Source: the human T2T-CHM13v2.0 reference genome, Homo sapiens. Taken from it: a stretch of DNA of 64,000 nt. A program made the translations under genes and the position numbers. Below the pieces are notes generated by a model. That model saw only the letters and a list, made by a program, of their open reading frames with translations, was not told where the DNA came from and searched no databases. Below, in pieces: positions 51,900 through 64,000 of the stretch. The stretch lies in assembly GCF_009914755.1 (NCBI RefSeq), contig NC_060940.1; one strand, 5' to 3'. The first letter of the stretch is position 1. Each line of letters starts with the position of its first letter.

Positions 51900-53839
51900 C
51901 AGTCAGGTAAGTTTTAGGGCTGGTAGTCAGTTTTAAAATAGCTGATATAATCAAATCATAAGGTACTAATCATTTTGGTTTGGTATAAATCGTTTACAAT
52001 TATATTACTGAATTGGATGTTTCTGCATGTATGTTTCTTTTTCTTATGGAATACCAGTTTCAGCCATGAGATGTTTATGGCCCTCAGCATGTGGGAACCA
52101 CTGTATTTTTAAATGATCATTTAAAATAATATTTACTACAAGGAAAATATTTATTTTATTTATAAAATATCTTTTTATGTACCTAAATAATTGAATGTTT
52201 TTGTTCAACATCTTCAACTAGATTTATAGCTCTGACAATGTACTGCTTGCAGAATTATGACTTTATTTCTTAAAATATAAATAATATTTTCTTTTAAAAA
52301 GTTTTAATACAGAAATGAAATGAGTGTCTAAAAAGTATACACTTCACACTAGACCTCATTAAGAACTCCACATTTTTAATAGTAAAAATGAAATCTACTA
52401 GCCACTAGGAATATTTCAATAATCAGATTATGAGTTCAAATAATGCCTGTTTCGGGCATCTGCTTCTTGAAATAAAAGGAAATTAAATGACTATGCTTCT
52501 TGGTTAATGTTCTGATAAAAGTCACTCTCATATGGCAATAGTTTTCTCAGTTTGTCATAGTTGTGGAATCATGAGTCAAAAATGTAATACCACAAGCTCT
52601 TAGCCACAAAATCCAAAACAGCTAATGAAGACTCCAGTATATTTCCTTAGAAAATTAAAACTCTGAAGTAAAATTTCCAATAGTTTTCTGTAGGAGCCAC
52701 TGCTAACTATGTGTCCAAAATAGATATATCCTATTCCATGAAACAGGGATCCAATTGTAGTATAATCATTAAGGTAACAAGACCCTGTCAAGTGGCTATT
52801 TTCTTTCCCAAATCCAACCCCTACTTGCACAGTATTTGTTATTCAGTATTTGTGTTTTATTTAAAATGTATACTAGTGCTGCTTGAGAAAATTGAAGTGG
52901 TTTAAAATAAAACACAGGAATGATATAACGTTATAGTCTAAGTAAAAAATCACATAAAAAGAGAAATAAAACAATTAAACAGATCAATCATTCTAATACA
53001 GTTATTATGCTTCAGCATTAGGTTAATCTCAGAAATTGGTAGAAGTCAAGACAAACTAAACTCAATGGGTATAAAGAAGGAACAAGATTGAAATTAAAAA
53101 AAAAAAAAAGTAAACTTAAAGGGTAGCAACATATCCGTTAAGAGAAACACCTCACTCCCCTTTCTGTGGTTTGCTTTGTCTTCATGGGGTTTGTGACATA
53201 GGTTGCCCAACTAATATGTGGCAGTTTTTAAATCATAAATTGAGGATAAGAATAGTATCAATCATGATGGGTTGTTGTAGGAATTGAATTATTAACACAT
53301 ACATAATTTTGAGTTTTCCTTTGCACATAGCAAGATCTCAATAAGTACTACCTGTTAATATTAATCACTACCTGCCTATCATCACCAAATCTATCACCTG
53401 ACTTATTTCCAGTTGGGGTAAAAGTAACCGAGACTGCATAAGTAACATATTCAAAATATATCTCATTCATTGGTAGGGCATAGAACCCAGGTCAGTTTCA
53501 AAGCCAATGCACAATCTAAGGTCCCAACAGGAGAGAGCTAACGTGCAATCCTCAATTGCATGCATTTCCTTTACTCTATCCGTGCTCTTTGCTGCAGCCA
53601 GGCCAGTATATTTTTCACATTTCCTGTCCAGCTTGACCCACATTTTCCTCTCTAAGAAATCAACAATATGTTTCTGTCTAAGCTTTAGAAAATCTCTTTT
53701 CTAATAAATCTGTCCAGGCTTGCTCGACATTAGCTGTAGCATGATATTCATGCTGCTTCTCTCGTTCTGGGACTTTTCCTATTTGCCAAATCTTTAAGGA
53801 AGAAGACTTTGCTAGCAAAATTTAAATTGCTAAAAATAA

Positions 53840-54383
53840 AATTCTACTGTTTGTGATAACATTGATGAACCTGGAATAGATTATGGTTAGTGAAATAAAC
53901 CGGTCATAGAAAGATACTAGATTGCACTTTAAATTAGGTACCTGGAATAGTCAAAAATCATGGAAGTGGAGAATAAAATGACTGTTGCCAAGGGATGGGG
54001 GAAGAAAGGAGAGGAAAATCGTTGCTTAATGGGAGTAGGGTTTTGATTATGCATGATGAATACATCCTAGAGATTTGCTGTGCAACATAGTGTCTACAGT
54101 TAACAATGCAGCATTGTACACTTAAACATTTGTTAAGAGGGTGAGCCTCATATCTGTTGTTATCACACACAAACACACAGTTCAAAGCACACACACACAC
54201 AGAGGTACACAAGGAAAATTTTGGAAGTGATAAATAGGTGTATTACCTTGACTATGGTTGTGATATTAAATATACATATGGGTGTATGCATGTTTCCAAA
54301 CTCATAAAATTGTATATATTAAACATGGGCAGTTTTTTTTTTCTTTTGGTATATCAACTGTACTTCAATAAAGCTGAAAAAAA
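53840..54383 (+). mobile_element. L1MB-type 3' end
   Basis: gatgaacctgga...tagtgaaataa...gttgccaaggg...ttaacaatgcagcattgtacacttaaa...tacttcaataaagctgaaaaaaa. Confidence 0.8.
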
Positions 54384-54480
54384 GGCAAAATGTGATGAGA
54401 CACACCAAGAGCCTGGACACATGGCTTGGATACTTCCACCAAAAAATCATCTATTCCTTCAACAAGCATTAATCAAACAA

Positions 54481-54683
54481 CTTCTTCTCCTTCCTCCTCC
54501 TTTTCTTCTTCTAATTCTTCTTCTCCTTCTTCTCCTTCTCCTGCTTCCCCTTCCCCTTCCTCCTATTCCTCCTCTTCCTCCTCCTGCTTCTCCTTCTCCT
54601 TCTCCTCCTCCTCCTCCTTTTCCTCCCCCTTCTCCACCTCCTCCTCCCCCTTCTCCTTCTTTTTCTCCTTCTACTCCTTCCTA
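54481..54683. repeat. About 200-bp (CCT/CTT)n polypyrimidine tract at the tail of an antisense Alu
   Basis: Almost purine-free run lying between the Alu body and its left TSD. Confidence 0.9.
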
Positions 54684-54985
54684 CATTTTAGAGACAGGGC
54701 ACTGCTCTGTTGCCCAGGCTGGGCTGGAATGCAGTGGTTCAATCTCAGCTCACTGCAACCTCTGCCTCCTGAGCTCAAGCTATCCTCCCCACTCAGTCTC
54801 CTGAGTAGCTGGGACTACAGGCATGCACCACCACCTTGGGCTAATTATTTGTATTATTTTTTCTTTGTAGAGATAGGGTTTCACCACTTTCTCTAGGCTG
54901 GTCTCCAACTCTTGGGCTCAAGTCATCCTCACACCTTGGCTTCCCAAAGTGCCTGGATTACTGTCATGCACCACTACACTCAACC
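54684..54985 (-). mobile_element. AluJ
   Basis: Antisense Alu. TSD-like aatcaaac(aa)cttct at 54471 and 54986. Confidence 0.9.
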
Positions 54986-57697
54986 AATCAAACTTCTAAT
55001 ACCTGGCAAGTATTGTGCTAGCAATTGTCACTTTTAGACATGGTACTTACATTTTACTATTGAAAGGAACTGCTTAGGCTTCAACTTTATTAATTCAATT
55101 CTATGTCATGCAACATGTTCGAATATAATTTATGGCTTTAGTCTTCAACTAGATTATTTTAATGTCAATCCTCTGAAAAAATGGGTAGCAAAATTGATGC
55201 TCTGTAAATACAAACTTAAGTCAGTGCTCTTTGCTGCCAAATTAATGCAACCTAACTGAAATAAAATGAAAAATTGCATGGTTTATGTTACAAAGATTAA
55301 TGTCAGTGATGACAATCTATTAATATGATATGTAAGATGTTAATTAAAAAACTAAGTAATTCTTCGGTTTGTTTGTTTAAGTGAATGCCGCCTTTTGTGA
55401 CCTGGAGACATTTAATTTTTCCTGGTGATTGGAGATGCTGTCATCTGCAACCCTTTGAGTAGCAGGATCTTTATTGGTATGTGGGCCTTATTGGAATGGC
55501 ATTGGTAGATGCTAAATTACATGGGTGAAATTGTAAACAGAACTCAACTGATTGAAATGCCATAACTCTGGAATATTGTCAGGATTGGAACAGAGCATTA
55601 AACATACCCAGGCAGGATTATTCCTAAGTGTCAGTCATGAATGTTATTTTCTTTGGCTTTTAATGGGTGTTACCATACATGAACAAAGGAAGGGTATGTG
55701 GCCAAATAAATTTGGTATAGCTAGTAAAGTTAAATCTGTTCCTTTGCTGTAGAATTTCTCAGTTCTTAACAATGGTTAAGGGCTTTGTGAAGATTTGAGT
55801 GAATACACAGTCTTCAGTGACATGTAAATTCACCTCCACTGTCTGTCTCTCCCTTTTTATATGCATGTTTACTTTCATGAAATATCTCACGGGACCTTTG
55901 TTTTCTGGAATATATCTACTTATAGCCTGATTATATCCAAAACACTTTTACAGATAATAACACTGAGCCCTGTAGCTGTTAAAGGATTAATTTGTGGAAA
56001 AATGAAAAGAACTAGGTGGTGTGGAAAGAATTTGAAGGCACAGGGCTTGTGTTTCTCATATAAAAAATATGAAACCTTGGACACAGGTGTCACATTGCAA
56101 TGAATCATTCAATAGAAGGCTTTAATAGTTGTGGTGAGGAGCAAAGTGAAAACATGTCATACTGGGTCATGATATGAATGCCAAATTCAGGAGATTAAGA
56201 TAATAAATACAATTAATATGGGAGAGCCAAAAGTTTGAAGCTAGAGTGAGACGCAGAATGGGGAGAGAACATAGGACATCATCAAAGGTGACAGAAAGGG
56301 CAAAATATGATCTTTAACCCTGCTAGTTCAGCAATAACACAACAATTAAAGATTTAATATAGAAACTGTCTTTTCATATTCCATTTACTTTAAAAAAAAT
56401 AGCTTTCTTCACTATCAGATAAAATGTTCTTGAGTTGGAGGGAGGGGCACTAAAGATTTTGGAGGGGCACATGTTAGAGAATAAAGGAGCTTCATACCCC
56501 TCAAAGAGAAGACTTCAATTTTAGACTTGTATCTCTTTGTAAGGACCCTTGGAAATTAACAGGGATTGTCCATACTCTGAGAGGAAGTGGCTTCTCTGTC
56601 TAGTTTCTACCACTTATAATTATGTTGGTCTTTTTAAAATTTCATTTTTCTTTTTCTTATTTTCTACTTTCACCCTTTTCTTCTTTTTCCTTCCATCTTT
56701 TCTTTTCTCTTTTCTATCACTTTCTTCCTTTCTTCCATTCTTTCTTCTTCGTTTCCTTCCTTAATTCAGTCCTACTTGCCTCCATGCCTTTCTTTCTCAT
56801 TGATATATATTGAAAATGCTCCCCTATTCTCTCATATATGCATGCATTTTTGCCTATTTGTTTTATATTTGTTTGCCCTTGTGCTTATTTGTATAGAAAC
56901 AAATGATTCAGCAGTAATTTTTAAATTTTCATTGAAATATTTTTAGATGCATACAGCAAATGAGAAAGTCCAAACGACTGCAAATTTGGAAAGCTTCCTG
57001 AATTTTGCTTAGGAAACTTTGGAAGTCAGATAGACTTTCCAGATGTAAGTGAATGTATCACATTCTTACAGCCAAGAGCACTTGTGATGTGTGTTGTTTT
57101 CTATTTTGTTTTTAGCACTCTGGGCAAATACAACCGTAAAGCAATACAAGCCAAATAAATAACATTAAAAGACCTTCCAGGGCCTTTGTTTTATCAAGTG
57201 AGGAAGGTGGAAATAATATTATATCTTCCTTCTTCTTCTTAACCTTTTTACAAAATCTCATTCTTTTCAACACAGATATTGTTTTTACCATCAGTAGGCA
57301 TGTGTATGACAGGTAGCACAGTCTGGAGAAACAAGCCTACTTAAGTCATCATTCTAAAGGACACACTGTTTTCCATTCTTCCCATTCTGGGCATCCAGTT
57401 CTGTGGTCGGCAAGTCATTGCCTCACATTAAAAACACAAAAAGTTAATTAATTCATTTAGCCAACATTAGTTTATGAAGCAGTTTTATGTGCTAGGCGTA
57501 TGTGTGACTCACAGTCTAATGAATATTGTTTTTAAGAGTGGGGGAGACAATAAGTGAAGGGAGAAATGAAGAAGATAATTTTATATGGTGAGGAGTATTG
57601 TGAGGGTAATAACGATAGGGGGCATTGGTCCACTGAGAGTGATCAGGGTGGGGTGAGGGTGGCAGGAGCTTAATAAGAATGGCTAAAGAATGTCTTA

Positions 57698-58070
<373 letters not shown>

Positions 58071-58395
58071 AAGAAGGTACTTGTCACCTGAAAGACAGGA
58101 AGAAACTAGCTGTAAGTGTCTCAGAGAAAACACAAGTGCAAAAGCCCTGAGAAAGAAAGGATGTCTATGCTAGAGAGAAAAAGAAGATAGAGAAGACTTA
58201 TGCTAGAGAGAAAAAGGAGATAGAGCAGAAGCTTGGCCCATGCAGGTATAGTTTTACTAGCACCTGCGTGGGCCAAACGATGCAGGTGCTAGTGAACTGT
58301 TTTGGGGAGTAGATGTAATTCTGTATGCAGTAGAAACGTCTGAGAGGATTTTAACAAGCTGAGAAACATAATATCATTTGTGTTTTTAAAAGATT

Positions 58396-58970
58396 GTATT
58401 TTTTTTGGTAGAATGATTTATTTTCCTTTGGGTATATATACAGTAATGGGATTGGTGGGTCTAATGGTAACTCTGTTTTAAGTTTTTTGAGAAATCTCTG
58501 ACTGCTTTCTGCAGTGGCTGCACTAACTTACATTTCCACCAACTGTGTACAAGTATTCCCTTTTCTCAGAACTCACACACATCTGTTGTTTGTTAACTTT
58601 TTAGTAATAGCCATTAAATTATTGTACCAAAAGGACACGTGCAATCATATGTTCATTGCTGTGCTATTCACAATAGCAAAGACATGTGATCAACCCAGAT
58701 GTCAATCAGTGGGAGAATGGATAAAGAAAATGTGGTACATATACACCATGGAGTACTACACGGTCATAAAAAAGAATGAAATCATGTCCTTTGCAGCAAT
58801 ATGGATGCAGTTGAAGACCATAATCCTAAACAAATTAACACAGGAATAGAAAACCAAATACTGCATCTTCTCACTTACAAGTGGGAACAAAAGATTAAGT
58901 ACACACAAACATAAACATGAGAACAAAGACACTGTGGACCACTAGAGGAGGTAGGAAGAGAGGAGGATGT
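58396..58970. mobile_element. L1PA15/16- or L1PB-like 3' fragment with a 5' inversion (58396-58615 minus, 58616-58970 plus)
   Basis: The plus part encodes KDTCNHMFIAVLFTIAKT...WIKKMWYIYTMEYY (ORF2 C-terminus). The minus part is the adjacent upstream ORF2 sequence. Confidence 0.85.
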
Positions 58971-59558
58971 GTCTAATAGAATGATAGTGGCCAGATGATA
59001 TTATTTGTGTTTCTGGATGAAGGCAGGTGTGCAATTTTTATGCTTGGTTTATTAGACAATAATTTTTTTCTTTATTTATACTGTTTAAGTTTCTATTTCT
59101 CCCAACAATAATTGTGCACACATATATACCATTTTGCCCAATAACTTTATCTCTCTACTTCCTGCAAATTAATATAGGAAAACTTAAGTGGGAAGACAGA
59201 CTGTCAAATGAAAAATGAATATAGAGAGATATTGATATGATGTGTAGGAAGAAAAGATATGTGTAGAATTTAAACATTTAAAAAGTGGGTCTGTTTTAAC
59301 TATTGCAAAGTTGACAATGTTTTAAGTACAGCATTTTAAGGTTGTTTTTTCTTTGTTTCAATATAATGAAATAACTAAGCTAAGGGCTTTATCTTTGAGG
59401 AAGATAGCTTTTAGAAAAAACTGTGGGGGATGAGTACAAGTTGGTGCCTTGAACATTGCTGTCTACTTTATCAGCTCTCAAGATGAATGTAAAGGAACTA
59501 GCAAATGGGATAGGCTAGTATTTTCATCTGTGTCCTCAATTAAAAATGTAGTGAAACT

Positions 59559-59860
<302 letters not shown>

Positions 59861-59904
59861 TAGTGAAACTTCAATAATTTTGTATGGTAGAATAAGTCTC
59901 ATAA

Positions 59905-60224
<320 letters not shown>

Positions 60225-60631
60225 AAGAACATGTCAGTTTTAGAAGAACAGTGAGTAGGCTGAGCCCAGCATGCGTGAAAGAGATGTCAGGAAAGAGGAG
60301 CACTGGGTCCACAGTCAAATATCAGACCCACCATGGAAGGCAAAGTGTGATCAATGGCCAGAGACCTAGAGTCAAAGAGGAGAACTGCAGGAGACACACA
60401 AATGGATATGAGTCCATGCCAAAAACTTGCATAACCAGTGGATTAGTTCAAAATGAAAATGGAACGTTGAGTCAGGAGAAGACAGGGGCATGAAATTCAA
60501 TTTTTAAGTTTTTTATGAACTTCCTTTAAAAAAAATCTTTTAAATTTAAGAACAGTCTGAGATTTATAGAGAGTTGTGAAGACAGCACAAAGATCTCATA
60601 TACCCTTGCACCAGTTTCTCTAGTATTGATA

Positions 60632-60702
60632 TTAAGTTGGTGCAAAAGTAATTGCGGTTTTGGCCATTACTTTCAATGGCAATTACTTTTGCACCAACCT
60701 AA
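60632..60702. mobile_element. MADE1 (Hsmar1 mariner MITE) with a 9-bp internal deletion
   Basis: ttaagttggtgcaaaagtaattgc...gcaattacttttgcaccaacctaa: 24-bp terminal inverted repeats with 1 mismatch. TA on the left flank. Confidence 0.93.
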
Positions 60703-61420
60703 GATTACGTATTAGTATCGACATTTGTTACAAATAATGAGCCAATATTGATACCTTATTATTAATTAAATTTGCTACTTGATTCAGATTTCTCTAGTCT
60801 TTACCTAATGTCCCTTTTCTGTTCTTGGATTTTCTCTAAGGATTGTATCTCTTTAGGCTCCTGTTGGCTGTGGAGAGTTCCTTAGATTTTCTTGTTATTG
60901 ATGATCTTAAAAGTGTTAAGAAGTACTGCAGGCATTTTGTAGAATGCTCTTCTATTGATATTTGTCTGATCTTTGTCTCAGAGTCAGACTGAGAGGCCTG
61001 TGTTTTGGAGGTAAACTGTCCATTTTCATCAGATCACATCAAGGGTATATACTATCAACATGACTTATCACTGTTGATGTGAATCTTTATCATTTGATTG
61101 AAGTAACATTTACCATGTTTCTCCAGTGCAAAGTCACACACACACTCACTCTCTTTCTATAGTATAGTTTGCCACAGGAAGTCACTATGCATAGTCCATG
61201 CTTAAAAATTGAGGGATTAAGTTTCACTTCATTTGAGAGTGGAGTATCTATGTAAATTATTTTAATTCTTCTGCATGGGGCAGTTGCCAAACTTTACTTA
61301 ATTATTTATTTATTTATGTATGTATATCAGTATAGATTCATAAATTTATTTTATTGTTCAAATTCTTCCAGCTTTGACCACTGGGAACTCTTTCAGTTGG
61401 TTTGCGTGTCTATCTTTAAT

Positions 61421-61461
61421 TGTGTGTGTGTGTGTGTGTGTGTGCGTGTGCGTGTGTGTGT
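61421..61461. repeat. (TG)n microsatellite, interrupted
   Basis: Read directly from the sequence. Confidence 0.9.
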
Positions 61462-62854
61462 TTAGCATTTCCTTATTTCTTGTCCCATAATATGTTCCTA
61501 GCTCATCTTGTCTATTTCCTGCCCTAGTCATAGATTCAGCTTTTTCTCCAAAGAGCTATGGGCCTATTTTTAAAAGGTCTTTTCATTTTCATATATTTTT
61601 GAAGCAATGCTCTGAACCTTGAGATACAGATCAATCTATATGACTATTGGATTGAACAAAATAATTCAGAGGTAAAATGGAAAAGATGCACTCTCATGGG
61701 AGTTTTCTAGTTTGCATCAATTCATATTATGAAGTAATTTGAGCCTTAGAATAAACCCTGGTGCTGCACAGGAGTCAGCCTAGTAAATCATGCAACCCTG
61801 AAGGAATCTCAACATGACTGATACAAATACATAGAACCTAAATTGTATTGTTTTTCCCCTCCTAAATTTTGTTAAACACCTGTATATATGAGCATGCTAA
61901 ATCCTCACTCACTACCAAACCTTCCCTTAACCAGATCAATAAAATAAATAAACAGCCATATTAGTTAATCAAGATTAATTTTTTATCTGTTTGACATATA
62001 CCCAGAGCCTAGCTCCAGTGAAGTACTGGATGTAGCACTTCATAATTATTTTTTGTATAGTTCATGAAGTCCCATTCTGAGTCAAGCAATCAGTTAGAAA
62101 CCAGATATCCAGCAATAATGACAGATAAGTAAGCCGACTCTCTCTCTTTCTCTCTGTTTTCACAAAGGCATAATTTAAGTCTTTTGGGAATGTATATACA
62201 AAATGGCTAACTCATTCTAGGGAGGTGGACTTCTGTTTTTTCCAACCTAGAAAAATATATATTCTAAGAAGCACAGCTTTATAACTTTGAGGGTGGTACT
62301 CAGCTTTCAAGCTTCTCATTCAAATGCTAGCTCATTAATCAATCACTCTTGTCTTGATCTCCAAAGTCAAAGTAACTTCATCTTCCTGATTCCACATTGC
62401 TGTGCCTACACTTATCTTCTAGCAATGAAAGTATTTTTTCCACCATAGATTCTGAGTAATTTTTTCTTTCCTGAGCAGTAACCAAAGATTTGTGCTTTGG
62501 ATTTATTCAACTCCACCTTAAAAAGTGCATTATGAATTACAAATAGCAGGTCTTCAACAAATATTTGTTGAATGTGTGGATAAACAACATCAGGTATTGC
62601 TATGGTGTCAGTTTTGGATGATATGTTTTTAAGTTATAAGGATCACAGAATCAGTTCCAGTTGGGGCTACAAATGGTTTTTATTAAAATTTAATTAAATC
62701 ATTTTCAGTTGATAACCAAGTCCTAAAAAGGATACATGACTGGACTAAGGTCAAACAGCTAATATATTTGTTGTGCAAGGACCTAAATTTAGCTCACCTG
62801 TCAGTGTTTGGATATCTTATTGTACCATATAATTACACACTGCAGTATAGCAAC

Positions 62855-63205
62855 TGTCTTAGTCCATTTTACACTGCCACAACACAATACTGCAGGCTGT
62901 GTAATTTATAATGAGCAGTAATTTATTTGCTTGCAGTTCTGGAGGCTGGGAAGTCCAAGACCCGAGGGACCTACACCTGGCAAGAGCCTTCTTGTTGCAT
63001 CATTTCATAGTGGAAGATGGAAGGGCAAGAAAGAGAAGGTAAAAGGGGGCTTAACTCACCCTTTTAGGGCAGCACCAATCTCACCCATGAGGGTGAAGCC
63101 TTCATGACCTAGTTACCTTTTAAGGTTCCTACCCCTTAATACTATTGCAATGGGAATTAAATTTCAACATGAGTGTTAGAAGGGATAAACATTCAAACCA
63201 CAGCA
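62855..63205 (-). mobile_element. MST-family (MSTD/MSTB-like) ERVL-MaLR solo LTR
   Basis: tgtcttagtccatttt...cagttctggaggctgggaagtccaaga...aaatttcaacatgag...attcaaaccacagca. 5-bp TSD gcaac/gctac. Confidence 0.85.
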
Positions 63206-64000
63206 GCTACCTCCTCATTTTCTGATCCAAGACATACTATGCCTTCATCATAATAAAGGTAATTCTCAAAATAATTTTCCAGGAGTTTGTGACAACCATC
63301 AAAGCAAGAAACAGACTTCCAGATAAACATTTCTGAAAGAAATTTCACTTTTTTTTGGTGGTGGTTGGGGGGACTCCATATGCTATTCTGTTGGCTGTGC
63401 ATGATTTCACCCATTTTAGGAGGCTGCTCACCGTGTTAAGTAGCGAATATGTGGGAGACTGGAAACATTGTTACAATTATAATGTTTACAGCAGCCCTCT
63501 GCTGACTACATAAACATGGGCTGCCCATTAGTCCAGCAAAATTTTCAACATTAAACATGCAAAGACTGCAGGAAGCCCTCAATCATAGTTGGAAAGATCA
63601 TTTATCACTCAATTGTAATAGCTTTAGTTCTTAGTATTGTAGGCAGGACAATGAATTGGCTGTAGAATCAAAGAGCTAAGTTGGAAACTCTCCTCTGTAG
63701 TAGCTCACTAACTAGCTATGTAAACTTGAAAAAGTTACTTCTTAAGTCTTTGTTACTTTATAGATGTCCTTATTTTCACTGGGTTCTTGCAAATGTATTG
63801 CTGTATTTTATTTTTCTACCATCCTTATACCATCTCTGAACCTCTGTGAACTTCTTTGATGTTTATTATCCATATGGATTTTCCATTATGTACAATCTTG
63901 TTTTCCCTTTACTAGATTACAGATTTTTTTACATAAGCACACATACACTTATGCAACCACCTTCATCCATTATCTAGTACAGGCATCAAATATAAACAAA

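Larger units (their letters stand above)
60535..61560 (-). mobile_element. Old L1MC/L1MD 3' UTR fragment
   Basis: acatttgttacaaataatgagccaatattgatac...atcaacatgacttatcactgttgatg...tttctccagtgcaaagt...ccagctttgaccactgggaactctttcagttgg. Confidence 0.7.

Noticed and set aside
54238-54896. 188-aa Leu/Pro-rich and 156-aa Ser-rich ORFs
   Set aside because: Artefacts of the stop-free CCT/CTT tract joined to L1 and Alu sequence.

Overview
AT-rich primate (most likely human) nuclear DNA, either intergenic or deep-intronic. I cannot support any protein-coding exon, rRNA, tRNA or CRISPR array. The long ORFs in the track are Alu, L1, LTR, Tigger or low-complexity read-throughs. The window is a layered record of transposon insertions: about 18 Alu elements, several old L1 fragments (one with a twin-priming inversion), a near full-length Tigger1 split by a MER11 LTR, small DNA transposons (MER5A, MER91A, Tigger3a, MADE1) and about 16 solo LTRs. 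Eleven of those LTRs (ERV1/ERVK class) lie in the first 30.5 kb, several of them nested. The right half has older repeats and transposon-free islands with regulatory-looking motif clusters. I found no evidence of a new multi-gene system. The best leads are: (i) a dense MEIS/PBX/HOX motif island at 34.2-35.3 kb; (ii) an LTR1-family promoter followed directly by a perfect splice donor; (iii) three local template-switch or templated-insertion scars; (iv) an unidentified poly(A)-tailed insert at 46.8-47.3 kb; (v) a roughly 200-bp polypyrimidine tract grown from an Alu tail. Repeat family names come from my recall of consensus sequences, not from a database search, so subfamily calls need RepeatMasker/Dfam confirmation.
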